The notes: a model not told the origin generated them from the sequence alone. Positions 52,902 through 62,856 are shown, counted from the first letter of the stretch. The stretch is 64,000 nt of DNA from an uncultured Acidimicrobiia bacterium (GCA_963759175.1 CAVWXP010000019.1:49749-113748); one strand, 5' to 3'. Program-made: numbers and translations.

Positions 52902-54556
52902 ACGGCGGCACCGATCCGACGCTGCGCGTTCGCTGGCTCGGGCGGGTCGAGTACGACGAGGGATGGGATCTCCAACGCGCCGTCTGGGAGGGGAAGACCG
53001 TCGGTCGCACGCACGACGACTATGTCCTGCTCCTCGAGCACCCACACACCTACACCGTCGGGCGCAATGGTGACGGATCGAACCTGACCATCCCACGGTC
53101 TCGCCTCGCCGACATGGGCGCCACGATCCATGACGTCGACCGTGGCGGCGACATCACGTACCACGGTCCCGGCCAGCTGGTCGGCTACCCGATCGTCGAC
53201 GTCCCGCGACTCACCAGCGGATTCGACGCGGTCGGTCATGTCAGGCGGATCGAGCAGGTCGTCATCGACACGCTCGGGGCGTTCGGCATCGACGCGTGGA
53301 CGGAGGAGGGCTACACCGGCGTGTGGACCCGAGATGGGAAGGTCGCCGCTGTCGGCGTCAGGGTGGCACGAGGCGTGTCCATGCACGGGTTCGCCATCAA
53401 TGTCGACCCGGACATGGCGTACTTCGGCGCGATCGTCCCCTGTGGCATCGCTGACCGGCCGGTCACGTCCATGCGCTCATTGCTGGGGCGCCGGGTGTCG
53501 ATCGAGGAGGTCGCGAACGCACTGGTACCCCGACTCGCAGCGCTGTCGGACCGCGACGACCTCGAATGGCAGTTCGGTGCCTTCGCTCGTGGTACCGGGG
53601 ATCGATCGTTCGAGGTCGATCGATTGGTGGACGCCGGGGTCTTCAACCCCACGTCGCGTGGCGAGGTCCCCGTCACCATCAGGGGCAGGTTGACCGGCGA
53701 GCCGGAGAAGCCATCGTGGATGAAGGTCAGGGTCGACTTCACCGACCCGAAATTCAAGGAGCTCAAGCAACTCAACCGCGATCTCGCGCTCAACACGGTG
53801 TGCGAGGAGGCTGGTTGCCCCAACATCTACGAGTGCTGGTCGAGCGGTACGTCGACGCTGATGCTCTTGGGCGAGGTCTGCACCCGTGCGTGCTCGTTCT
53901 GCGATGTCGCCACCGGCAGACCGGGGGAGGTGGATTGGGACGAGCCGGCACGCGCCGCCGAGGCGATCGAGGCGATGGACCTCCGGCACGCTGTCCTCAC
54001 CTCGGTCAACCGCGATGACCTACCCGATGGGGGAGCGGAGGTGTTCGCAAGGACGATCACCGCCATTCGGGAACGGCTACCCGAGTGCGACGTCGAGGTC
54101 CTGATCCCTGACTTCAAGGGTGACCAAGGGGCGCTCGACACGGTCCTCGGCGCCAAGCCCGATGTGCTCAACCACAACACCGAAACCGTGCTGCGGCTCC
54201 AACGCGACATCAGGACGGCCGCCAACTACGCACGTTCACTCGCGCTCCTCGCTCGTGCGAAGTGGGGACTCCCCGGGGTCACGGTCAAGTCCGGACTCAT
54301 CGTGGGCATGGGTGAGACCGACGCCGAGGTCTTCGGGGCGTTGGCAGACCTCAACGCCGTCGGTGTGGATGTCGTGACGATCGGCCAATACCTTCGTCCC
54401 ACTGCCCGCCACCGGATCGTCGATCGCTACGTCGATCCCGCCATGTTCGACCGGTTCAAGGCTGTCGGCGAGGCCCACGGGATCTCCCATGTGGAGTCCG
54501 GACCCCTCGTGCGCAGCTCGTATCATGCCAAGGAATCCCTGGAGGCCGTCGGATGA
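52898..54556 (+). CDS. lipA: Fused octanoyltransferase LipB - lipoyl synthase LipA
   Basis: LipB motifs (LLEH, RGGDITYHGPGQ, HGFAINV, PCGI) then LipA motifs (CEEAGCPNIYEC, CTRACSFC, RSSYHA) in one frame. Confidence 0.93.
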   Translation: MNGGTDPTLRVRWLGRVEYDEGWDLQRAVWEGKTVGRTHDDYVLLLEHPHTYTVGRNGDGSNLTIPRSRLADMGATIHDVDRGGDITYHGPGQLVGYPIVDVPRLTSGFDAVGHVRRIEQVVIDTLGAFGIDAWTEEGYTGVWTRDGKVAAVGVRVARGVSMHGFAINVDPDMAYFGAIVPCGIADRPVTSMRSLLGRRVSIEEVANALVPRLAALSDRDDLEWQFGAFARGTGDRSFEVDRLVDAGVFNPTSRGEVPVTIRGRLTGEPEKPSWMKVRVDFTDPKFKELKQLNRDLALNTVCEEAGCPNIYECWSSGTSTLMLLGEVCTRACSFCDVATGRPGEVDWDEPARAAEAIEAMDLRHAVLTSVNRDDLPDGGAEVFARTITAIRERLPECDVEVLIPDFKGDQGALDTVLGAKPDVLNHNTETVLRLQRDIRTAANYARSLALLARAKWGLPGVTVKSGLIVGMGETDAEVFGALADLNAVGVDVVTIGQYLRPTARHRIVDRYVDPAMFDRFKAVGEAHGISHVESGPLVRSSYHAKESLEAVG

Positions 54557-55641
54557 GTGAGTACGTGGAACGGTTGGGCCGTGCGCTCGAGGCGATGGAG
54601 CTCGAACGTATCGATGCGCTCTGTCTGTCGGTCGGATCTGACCTTCCGTACCTGACCGGATACACGGCGATGCCGCTCGAGCGCCTGACCATGCTCGTGG
54701 TACTGCCCGAACATGAGCCCGTGCTGGTCGTGCCCGAGCTCGAGGCCCCACGCGTCGACACATCGGTGGGAGCGTTCTCCGTGAGGGCCTGGTCCGAGAC
54801 CGAGGATCCCGTGCTCATCGTCGACGAGCTGCTCGGCGAGTCCCGGCGGGTGGCCATCGGCGACCAGACGTGGACCCGTTTCTCCCTGGCCCTCCAGAAC
54901 ATCGGGTGGAATCGGGCCTGGGTGCCCGCCAGCGATTTCATGACGTGCCTGCGCATCGTCAAGTCACCGTTCGAGATCGATGCCCTGAGAGCGGCAGCCC
55001 GAACGGTCGATGCCGTGGTCGACGCCATGGCGACGGTCCGATGGTCCGGTCGGACCGAACGGGATGTCGCCCGCGAGATCATCGACCGGACGCGCGCCGG
55101 TGGGCACGAATCCGTCGGGTTCGCCATCGTGGCGAGTGGCCCCAACGGTGCGTCGCCACACCACGAACCGACCGATCGGACGATCGAACATGGTGACGCC
55201 ATCGTCGTGGACTTCGGCGGTCATCAGGACGGGTACGCATCCGACACGACCCGGATGTTCGTCGTGGGCGACCCGCCGGAGGGATTCGATGCGGCATACG
55301 CGGTGCTCCGTGCCGCACAAGAAGCTGCTGTCGATGCCGTCAAGCCGGGCGTACCAGCCGAGTCCATCGACATCGTGGCGCGCACCATCATCGCCGACGC
55401 GGGATATGGCGAGTACTTCATCCATCGTGTCGGTCACGGCATCGGGCTCGATGCCCACGAGGCGCCATACCTGGTCGAGGGCAACGAGCAGATGTTGAAG
55501 CCATCGATGGCCTTCTCCGTCGAACCCGGCATCTACCTGCCCGGTCGGTGGGGTATGCGTCTCGAGGACATCGTGGTGGTCACCGATGCCGGTGTCGAAT
55601 CCCTGAACCTGTCTGACCACGCCTACCGGGTCGTGACATGA
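54553..55641 (+). CDS. M24 family Xaa-Pro peptidase
   Basis: ASPHH, DFGG..YASDTTR, HRVGHGIG..HE, EPGIY, RLED. Confidence 0.92.
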   Translation: MSEYVERLGRALEAMELERIDALCLSVGSDLPYLTGYTAMPLERLTMLVVLPEHEPVLVVPELEAPRVDTSVGAFSVRAWSETEDPVLIVDELLGESRRVAIGDQTWTRFSLALQNIGWNRAWVPASDFMTCLRIVKSPFEIDALRAAARTVDAVVDAMATVRWSGRTERDVAREIIDRTRAGGHESVGFAIVASGPNGASPHHEPTDRTIEHGDAIVVDFGGHQDGYASDTTRMFVVGDPPEGFDAAYAVLRAAQEAAVDAVKPGVPAESIDIVARTIIADAGYGEYFIHRVGHGIGLDAHEAPYLVEGNEQMLKPSMAFSVEPGIYLPGRWGMRLEDIVVVTDAGVESLNLSDHAYRVVT

Positions 55642-55717
55642 CGATCTCGTTCTTGCGTAAACGGCATCCGCACGGGTGGACAGGATCTACGCAAGAACGG
55701 AGAGGACCGGTGCCTGC

Positions 55718-56347
55718 GTGGAGGTGACGATCACCAAACTCGTGCACGCATGCCTGCTCGTCGACGTCGATGGCAGACGTTTCCTCATCGATCCCGGTGG
55801 ATTCACCTGGGATGATGAACGCTTCGATCCCTCCATGGTCGAAGGCGTCGATCGCATCCTGATCACCCACGAGCACGCCGACCACGTGTCGTATGACTTC
55901 GTCCGGGCGGCGCTGGAGCGATCGAACGGGGCCGAGGTCGAGACGACCGACAACCTGGTCGCGATTCTCTCCGATCAGGGGATCGAGGCTGTGGCCTCCG
56001 GGACGCCCCGGTTCGTCGCTCCCCACGAACGGATCCCCTTCGGCCCGGGACCACCCAACACCGGATTCCACGTCGCCGGTGCCGTGTCCCATCCCGGTGA
56101 CAGCCACAGTTTCAACGAGACGATGCCCATCCTCGCGATGCCGTTCGTCGCACCCTGGGGATCCCTGACGCAGGGCGTGGATCGGGTGCGACTGGTGAAA
56201 CCGCGCTTCGTCATCCCCGTCCACGACTGGTTCCTGAGCGACCCCGGGAAGGGCTTCATGTATCGCCTTGCCCACGCTGCGCTGGCCGCCGACGGTATCG
56301 AGCTCGTCGTCATCGACGACTTCTCGACGACGACGATCGGCATCTGA
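55718..56347 (+). CDS. MBL fold metallo-hydrolase
   Basis: HACLLV, IDPG, THEHADH, HPGDS, IPVHD. Confidence 0.85.
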   Translation: MEVTITKLVHACLLVDVDGRRFLIDPGGFTWDDERFDPSMVEGVDRILITHEHADHVSYDFVRAALERSNGAEVETTDNLVAILSDQGIEAVASGTPRFVAPHERIPFGPGPPNTGFHVAGAVSHPGDSHSFNETMPILAMPFVAPWGSLTQGVDRVRLVKPRFVIPVHDWFLSDPGKGFMYRLAHAALAADGIELVVIDDFSTTTIGI

Positions 56348-56449
56348 GGACCCCTGTGTCGGTAATCCGTCCGTTGGCGTGGTCCGAGCCGAGTGGGGTC
56401 ATCGTCCCACGAACCACGTCCCCGGTAGCCTGCGGTTCGAGGAGGTGCC

Positions 56450-58405
56450 ATGACGCGATCGATCGAACAGCGAGCTGCTGACACCATCCGGGTCCTGTCG
56501 ATGGACGCGGTCCAGCAGGCGAACTCGGGTCATCCGGGCATGCCGATGGGTATGGCAGACATCGCCGTGGTGCTGTGGAGTAGGTACCTCACCGTGGACC
56601 CCACGGATCCGACCTGGCCCGACCGGGACCGATTCGTCGTGTCGAACGGTCATGGGTCGATGCTGGTGTACAGCCTCTTGCACCTGAGCGGATTCCCCCT
56701 CGCGATGGACGAGATCGTGAACTTCCGCCAATGGGGCTACGAGACGGCTGGTCATCCCGAATACGCACCCGAGGTCGGCATCGAGACGACCACGGGTCCC
56801 TTGGGTCAGGGTTTCGGCACGGCCGTCGGCATGGCCATCGCGGAGGAGCACCAACGCGCCGTGCACGGCGCCGACCTCGTCGATCACCACACGTACGTCC
56901 TGTGCGGCGATGGCGACCTCATGGAGGGTGTGTCGTCGGAGGCCGCATCGCTCGCTGGCCATCTGGGCCTCGGCCGATTGATCGTCTTCTACGACGACAA
57001 CTCGATCACGATCGACGGCTCGACCGACATCGCGTTCACCGAGGACGTGCCGGCGCGCTTTCGTGCCTATGGATGGCACACGATCGCCGTCGACGGACAT
57101 GACCGCACAGCCATCGCCAGCGCGGTCGACGAGGCCCACGGTGTCGTCGACCGACCGACCCTGATCGCATGTCGCACGCACATCGGTTTCGGTGCCCCCA
57201 CCAAGGTCGACACGTCGGCAGCCCACGGTTCACCGCTCGGACCGGATGAGATCATCGCCGCCAAGGAAGCCATGGACTGGACACTGCCGCCGTTCGAGGT
57301 GCCGAGCGATGTGGTCGCGTTCTTCCACGATGCGATGCAGCGCGGCCGCGACGCCCGTTCTCAGTGGACCCGCCGACGCACCGAGGCGGCATCGGTCGAT
57401 CCGCTCCGCGTCGAGGCATTCGACGCCTGGTGGAGTCCCCCCGAGGTTCGACTCGGCGCCCCTACCTTCGCCGCAGCGGCCTCGGTAGCCACTCGCAAGC
57501 AGTCCGAAGCCGTAATCCAGGACCTGGCGACACGCAGACCCGACCTCATGGGTGGGTCCGCGGATCTCGCGGGTTCGAACAACACCCTCATCGCATCGTC
57601 GACCTACTTCTCGCGGGCCGATCGCACCGGACGCAACCTCGCCTTCGGGATCCGCGAGCATGCAATGGGTGCGATCCTCAACGGGATCACCCAACATGGT
57701 GGCCTTCGTGCGTTCGGTGGCACCTTCCTGACCTTCTCCGACTACATGCGTCCTTCGGTTCGCCTCGCGGCGCTCATGGGAGTACCGGCCGTGTACGTGT
57801 GGACCCATGACTCGATCTTCCTCGGCGAGGACGGTCCGACGCACCAGTCGATCGAGCACATCTCATCGCTGCGTGCGATACCGCACCTGGATGTGTTCCG
57901 CCCTGCTGATCCGACGGAGACGGCGGTCGCCTGGGAGCACGCCATCAATCGCACCGATGGGCCAACAGGCATCGTGCTCACTCGCCAGGGCCTGCCGATC
58001 CCGGAGGAGTCACCCGATCCCTCCGACGTGAGGCGGGGCGGGTATGTGCGCCGTTCTGGCGATGATGTCGTCGTGATCGCCACCGGTTCGGAGGTCCACC
58101 TCGCTGAAGCCGCGGCGGCCGCTCTGGCCGATCGATGGTCGGTCAGGGTCGTGTCGATGCCGTGCGTCGAGCAGTTCGAGCGGCAGGGGGAGGAGTATCG
58201 GGCATCCGTGCTCGGCACCGACCTGCCGGTGTTCACGCTCGAAGCCGGATCCACGTACGGGTGGTCCACCTACACCGCCGGTTTCGGGCATGCCGTCGGC
58301 ATCGATCGATTCGGGGCGTCTGCGCCCGCCGAGGTGCTGGCCGAGGAGTTCGGCTTCACGCCGGCGGATATCGCCTCCCGGATCGAAACCGCCCTCACGC
58401 CCTGA
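56450..58405 (+). CDS. tkt: Transketolase
   Basis: NSGHPG, RDRFVVSNGH, GPLGQG, GDGDLMEG, GIREHAM, GEDGPTHQ. Confidence 0.97.
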   Translation: MTRSIEQRAADTIRVLSMDAVQQANSGHPGMPMGMADIAVVLWSRYLTVDPTDPTWPDRDRFVVSNGHGSMLVYSLLHLSGFPLAMDEIVNFRQWGYETAGHPEYAPEVGIETTTGPLGQGFGTAVGMAIAEEHQRAVHGADLVDHHTYVLCGDGDLMEGVSSEAASLAGHLGLGRLIVFYDDNSITIDGSTDIAFTEDVPARFRAYGWHTIAVDGHDRTAIASAVDEAHGVVDRPTLIACRTHIGFGAPTKVDTSAAHGSPLGPDEIIAAKEAMDWTLPPFEVPSDVVAFFHDAMQRGRDARSQWTRRRTEAASVDPLRVEAFDAWWSPPEVRLGAPTFAAAASVATRKQSEAVIQDLATRRPDLMGGSADLAGSNNTLIASSTYFSRADRTGRNLAFGIREHAMGAILNGITQHGGLRAFGGTFLTFSDYMRPSVRLAALMGVPAVYVWTHDSIFLGEDGPTHQSIEHISSLRAIPHLDVFRPADPTETAVAWEHAINRTDGPTGIVLTRQGLPIPEESPDPSDVRRGGYVRRSGDDVVVIATGSEVHLAEAAAAALADRWSVRVVSMPCVEQFERQGEEYRASVLGTDLPVFTLEAGSTYGWSTYTAGFGHAVGIDRFGASAPAEVLAEEFGFTPADIASRIETALTP

Positions 58406-58439
58406 ATCGGGCCACGTCCACCAGAAGGAGACCCACGCC

Positions 58440-59867
58440 ATGATCGAGATCGTCCGAGGTGATGTGACCGATGCCGACCTGCTCGTCGTGCCGGTGCTCA
58501 CGGATCGCATCTGTCCGAGCGCCGCCGACACCGTGCCCGATCTCGCGGCGATCGAGGCGCTGCTCGATGCAAAGGACTTCAGCGGCAGGACCTCTCAGCT
58601 CCTGTTCGTGCAAACGCCGGATGGACCCACGCCCGAGGTTCTCCTCGTCGGCCTCGGCGACGATGTCGACGGTGAGTCCCTGAGGCGTGCCGCCGGGTCG
58701 GTTGCCCGAGCCGTGTCGCGGTATGCGACCGTCGCCACCCTGCTCCACGACATCGACATCGACGGTGCGGATGAGGCCGTCGCCCTCGGCACGCAGCTCG
58801 GGGCCTACACGTTCGACGAGTACCGCTCGGAGCCCTCGTCAGCGCGGTTCACCGAGCTCGTGATGCTCGGGGACCACGTCGACCAGGCCGATCTCGATCG
58901 GGCCGATGCGATCGCCCGTGGCGTTCTGTTGGCGAGGGACCTCGTCAATCGACCGGCCCGCGACAAGCCGCCTGCAGCGATCGCAGACATCGCCACGGGA
59001 CTGCCCGGTTCGGTGACGGTGAAGGTGTACGACGAGCTCGAGATCGTCGAGAAGGGGTTCGGCGGGCTGGTCGCCGTCAACCTGGGAGCGGACCAGCCTG
59101 CGCGGATGGTCGTGATGGATCATCACCCCGCGGGTGCGACCCGCACGCTCGCCCTCGTCGGGAAGGGCATCGTGTTCGATTCGGGCGGTCTGTCGATCAA
59201 GCCCGCAGCGATGATGGAGACGATGAAGACCGACATGGCAGGCGCCGCTGCGGTCATCGGTGCCATGCAGGCCATCGCCGAACTGGCACTACCCGTTCGC
59301 GTGATCGGCATCACCCCGCTCACCGAGAACCTGACCGGTGGTTCCGCACAGCGGCCCGGCGACGTCATGCGTGCGTACAACGGCAAGACCATCGAGGTCC
59401 TCAACACCGACGCAGAGGGCCGCCTCGTGCTGGCAGACGGGTTGTCGCTCGCCACCGAGTTCGAACCGGATCTCATCGTGGACATCGCCACCCTGACCGG
59501 CGCGTGCAAGGTCGCCCTCGGCCCCTCGATCGGTGGGCTGTTCGCCACGGATGACGAAGCAGCGCGGACGGTCGAAGGTGCAGCTCGAGCGGCGGGGGAG
59601 AAGTACTGGCGCCTTCCGATGGACCCCGAGTACCGCAAGATGGTCGACTCGGAGATCGCGGACATGAAGAACACCGGCGGTCGATACGGCGGTGCCATCA
59701 CGGCCGCCCTGATCCTCGCCGAGTTCGTCGGTGATACGCCCTGGGTGCACCTCGATGTCGCCGGACCGGCGCGCGCCGAGACCACGGAGCACTACCTCAC
59801 CAAGGGCGGCTCCGGCTTCGGCGTCCGCACCCTGGTGTCCGTGGCCCAGGCCATGTCGGAGACCTAG
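58440..59867 (+). CDS. pepA: Leucyl aminopeptidase (M17)
   Basis: VGKGIVFDSGG, MKTDMAG, NTDAEGRL, HLDVAG. Confidence 0.95.
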   Translation: MIEIVRGDVTDADLLVVPVLTDRICPSAADTVPDLAAIEALLDAKDFSGRTSQLLFVQTPDGPTPEVLLVGLGDDVDGESLRRAAGSVARAVSRYATVATLLHDIDIDGADEAVALGTQLGAYTFDEYRSEPSSARFTELVMLGDHVDQADLDRADAIARGVLLARDLVNRPARDKPPAAIADIATGLPGSVTVKVYDELEIVEKGFGGLVAVNLGADQPARMVVMDHHPAGATRTLALVGKGIVFDSGGLSIKPAAMMETMKTDMAGAAAVIGAMQAIAELALPVRVIGITPLTENLTGGSAQRPGDVMRAYNGKTIEVLNTDAEGRLVLADGLSLATEFEPDLIVDIATLTGACKVALGPSIGGLFATDDEAARTVEGAARAAGEKYWRLPMDPEYRKMVDSEIADMKNTGGRYGGAITAALILAEFVGDTPWVHLDVAGPARAETTEHYLTKGGSGFGVRTLVSVAQAMSET

Positions 59868-59903
59868 CGACCCTCGGTCCGCACGCGGCGCCGGGGAAGA
59901 CCC

Positions 59904-59931
59904 CTCAACTGCCGCCCGGTACGAGCCGATA
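59904..59931 (+). promoter_or_regulatory. Sigma28 (FliA/WhiG)-like promoter
   Basis: CTCA-N17-GCCGATA upstream of the CAP gene. Confidence 0.4.
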
Positions 59932-59973
59932 CGGAGAGAAGCGCATTGACTGCTCTCCGTAGGAGGCTCCGCC

Positions 59974-60672
59974 ATGCGGACCGCACATCGCATCCTGTTC
60001 CTGGTCACAGCCATGGCTGTGATGATTGCGGCATTCGCGGTCCCGGCATACGCCGGACCCGAGGGCACCCTGTTGTCGAGGATCAACAACTCCCGGGCAT
60101 CAGCGGGCCTTGCCCCGCTCGAGCGGTACGGCGGCATCACCGATGACGCCCGTGCACAGGCCGAACGGATGCGCGCCGAACAACGAGTCTTCCACAACCC
60201 GAACCTCGCGGGTTCGACGAACGTGTGGCAAGGCCTCGGCGAGAACGTCGGTGTCGGGATGGAGGCCGGGGAGCTCCACGACGCCTTCATGGCTTCGTCA
60301 GGGCACCGAGCCAACATCCTCGGCGACTTCAACTACGTCGGCATCGGTGCCGCGACCGACGAGAATGGTCTGCTGTGGGTGTCCGTCATCTTCATGCGTG
60401 CTGCGCCCGGCCTCAATGGCGGTGCCGACACCACGACGACCACCACCGCGGCGCCTCCGACCGAACAACCGGTCGACGACACGACGACGACGACCACCAC
60501 GGCGGCCACCACGACCGAGAAGGCCGCCAAGGCGCCTGCCCAGCAGGATGCTCCGAAGGCGCTCACGACCTCCGGCAACGAGAACCGGGGCGCATCCGCG
60601 GCACCTGTTGACGCATCGGCGCCTGAGGCGACGATCGGCCTCGGCCGGCCGACGGCTCCCTTCGCAGACTGA
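59974..60672 (+). CDS. Secreted CAP (SCP/PR-1) domain protein with Thr-rich tail
   Basis: Signal peptide, INNSRA..GL.PL, GENVG, FMASSGHRANIL, VGIG. Confidence 0.88.
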   Translation: MRTAHRILFLVTAMAVMIAAFAVPAYAGPEGTLLSRINNSRASAGLAPLERYGGITDDARAQAERMRAEQRVFHNPNLAGSTNVWQGLGENVGVGMEAGELHDAFMASSGHRANILGDFNYVGIGAATDENGLLWVSVIFMRAAPGLNGGADTTTTTTAAPPTEQPVDDTTTTTTTAATTTEKAAKAPAQQDAPKALTTSGNENRGASAAPVDASAPEATIGLGRPTAPFAD

Positions 60673-60681
60673 TCGACAGCC

Positions 60682-60704
60682 ACGGTGCCCCGAACCGGGG
60701 CCGT
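60682..60704. terminator. Possible terminator hairpin between convergent genes
   Basis: ACGG-t-GCCCC-gaacc-GGGGCCGT; no U-tract. Confidence 0.35.
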
Positions 60705-60717
60705 ACGAACGGACCCG

Positions 60718-61776
60718 TCAGGAGTGACCGACGGGGCAGTCGGGATGGCGCCTGATCGTCACCGTGTCTGATCGTTGGGTCCACCCGTCGTAGATCATCA
60801 ACCGCCCGTCGAGTTCGCTACCGATACCCGATGCGAGCTTGATCGCCTCGGTCGCTTGCATTGCACCGATGGTTCCAGCAACCGGTCCGAGCACACCGGT
60901 GATGGCACACTCGAGGGCCCGTGCATCGTTGGGTGGCTCGGGGAAGAGGCATCGATAGCAGGGTCCATCGGCCGGGAACACGGCCAGGCGGCCCTCCCAG
61001 CGGTAGACCGCTCCGAACACCACCGGTATGGCGAGGTGGAGCGCCGCATCGGCGATGGCATACCGTGCGTCGAATCGATCCGTCGCATCGACGACCAACT
61101 GGCAGCCTTCCAGGAGGTTGACGGCGTTGTCCTCGTCGAGTTCGACCTCGTACGTGTCGACCTCGACGTCGGGATTCACCCGGCGTAGGTAGTGATTCGC
61201 GGCATCGGCCTTCTTGACCCCGACATCGGTCGGGCCGTACATCGGCTGACGGTGGAGGTTCGAGGTCTCGACCTTGTCCGGCTCGATGATGCGCAGCGCC
61301 CCGACACCCGCGGCTGCGAGGTAGGTGAGGACCGGTGAGCCGAGACCCCCGGCGCCGACGACGGCGATGCGTGATCCCATCAATCGCTCGTGCCCGGTAA
61401 CACCGATCTCTGCGAGCTTGATGTGGCGGTCGAAGCGATCCACCACGGCAGCTGGGAGCCGGGTCGTCGTTGTCACCGACCGGCCGGCGGACCGCCAACC
61501 CTCGATGCCTCCCTCGAGTGACTGGACGTTGCCGTAGCCGGCAGCCGATAGGGCAGACGCAACGCTCGCCGATCGAATGCCGAGGTCACACACCACGAGG
61601 ACACGCGCGTGGCGAGCCGGGATGAACGAGCCGGGGTCGGCGAGGAGCTCGCTGCTCGACACGGCCACCGATCCGTCGAGGACCAGGGGCCGCGACCCGA
61701 TGGGCCGGATGTCGATGATCGAGGCGATGGCTGCGAGGTCGACGTCGGGAGGGCTCACGGAAGGCGGTGCTGACAT
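60718..61776 (-). CDS. moeB: Rhodanese + MoeB/ThiF adenylyltransferase
   Basis: N-terminal rhodanese (CDLGIRS, LEGGIEGW), GAGGLG, SNLHRQ, CYRC, CPV. Confidence 0.85.
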   Translation of the reverse strand: MSAPPSVSPPDVDLAAIASIIDIRPIGSRPLVLDGSVAVSSSELLADPGSFIPARHARVLVVCDLGIRSASVASALSAAGYGNVQSLEGGIEGWRSAGRSVTTTTRLPAAVVDRFDRHIKLAEIGVTGHERLMGSRIAVVGAGGLGSPVLTYLAAAGVGALRIIEPDKVETSNLHRQPMYGPTDVGVKKADAANHYLRRVNPDVEVDTYEVELDEDNAVNLLEGCQLVVDATDRFDARYAIADAALHLAIPVVFGAVYRWEGRLAVFPADGPCYRCLFPEPPNDARALECAITGVLGPVAGTIGAMQATEAIKLASGIGSELDGRLMIYDGWTQRSDTVTIRRHPDCPVGHS

Positions 61777-61821
61777 ACCGGAAGGCTATACCGGTCAACG
61801 GCCGTGTGGCCGGCGTCCGGG

Positions 61822-62277
61822 TCACTGTCCGAGCAGGTCCTTGGCGAAGTCGACGACATCGAAGGCATTGGGGCCGAGTGCGACGAGCATGGCGAGCACG
61901 GCGAATGCCAGGCCCGCCCACACGACGAGGTAACGGGACCGGATGGCCTGGAGCTCGATGGCCCGGATCACCGGGTCGATGGTCGTGGGTGTGGACCTGC
62001 CGCTCGCTCCGGGATCGCCGTCATGCTCGTTCGCCATCGAGGAATCGTCGTCGATGGCTCGCTCGTGGCGCCGGGTGCTGAGGTACAGCGAGCCCATGAT
62101 GCCGAGGCCCACGACGAACCAGATGGCTGCGAATCCGACGGCGGCGCCGTCGAAGACCGTGCCCCACGCGACGAAGCCCTGGACGAGGACGAAACCGAGG
62201 ACCCCGATCACCCACGCGAGGGTGATCACGTGCATGGCGATGTCGATGCCGCGATGTGCCGAATACCAGGGACGCAT
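61822..62277 (-). CDS. Hypothetical membrane protein (3 TM)
   Basis: Hydrophobic segments; ATG 6 nt after TAGCCT. Confidence 0.6.
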   Translation of the reverse strand: MRPWYSAHRGIDIAMHVITLAWVIGVLGFVLVQGFVAWGTVFDGAAVGFAAIWFVVGLGIMGSLYLSTRRHERAIDDDSSMANEHDGDPGASGRSTPTTIDPVIRAIELQAIRSRYLVVWAGLAFAVLAMLVALGPNAFDVVDFAKDLLGQ

Positions 62278-62286
62278 GGTCCGAGG

Positions 62287-62760
62287 CTAAACGAATCGGG
62301 CTCCGATGCGCGTCTCGTGAACCTGGTGTGCCCTCCGCAGGGCAGGCGGAAGCGCACGTGCCTCGTTCGCGGACAACGGCCTGACCGGCGTCACGACACC
62401 GAACGAACCGTCCTGGCAACGGCGTACCAGTCCGTTGCGGGCCAGCAGGTCGAGATGGATCGGCACCTTGAGGGGGCGGCCGCGCGTGGCGGCGGCGGTG
62501 AGTCGGCACAGGTCGGCGACCGCCCCCGGTCCCAGGATGGGTATCCAGAACATTCGTACGTAGGGGTCGGTGGGCAGGTACCCGTCGACCGGTCCCTCGA
62601 TCAGCGACGGCACCAGGTGGCGCCGAGCGACGGCGGTGCGACGGATGGCGCTGCGATCCGTCGCGTCCGGTTCCGACGGGGCATCCACGGACCAGGGAGG
62701 ACCGACCTTCCATGGCGACGGACCGGACGACGACGGGGCAGATGCGTTTCGCATGCACAA
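62287..62760 (-). CDS. Hypothetical protein (YVRMFWIPILGP motif); start uncertain
   Basis: ORF behind an AT-rich promoter; DPYVRMFWIPILGPGA and LARNGL segments. Confidence 0.6.
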   Translation of the reverse strand: MCMRNASAPSSSGPSPWKVGPPWSVDAPSEPDATDRSAIRRTAVARRHLVPSLIEGPVDGYLPTDPYVRMFWIPILGPGAVADLCRLTAAATRGRPLKVPIHLDLLARNGLVRRCQDGSFGVVTPVRPLSANEARALPPALRRAHQVHETRIGARFV

Positions 62761-62763
62761 TGA

Positions 62764-62791
62764 ATATCAAATAGAGTCAGTTGACATCAAG
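62764..62791. promoter_or_regulatory. AT-rich palindromic operator/promoter
   Basis: ATATCAA-N10-TTGACAT palindrome overlapping a minus-strand TTGATG -35. Confidence 0.5.
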
Positions 62792-62856
62792 AGGCTTGTC
62801 GTGGGACCGCGAAAAAGAACGCGATGGCGCTGCGGGGACCTCCCGGGCGGGCGCAC

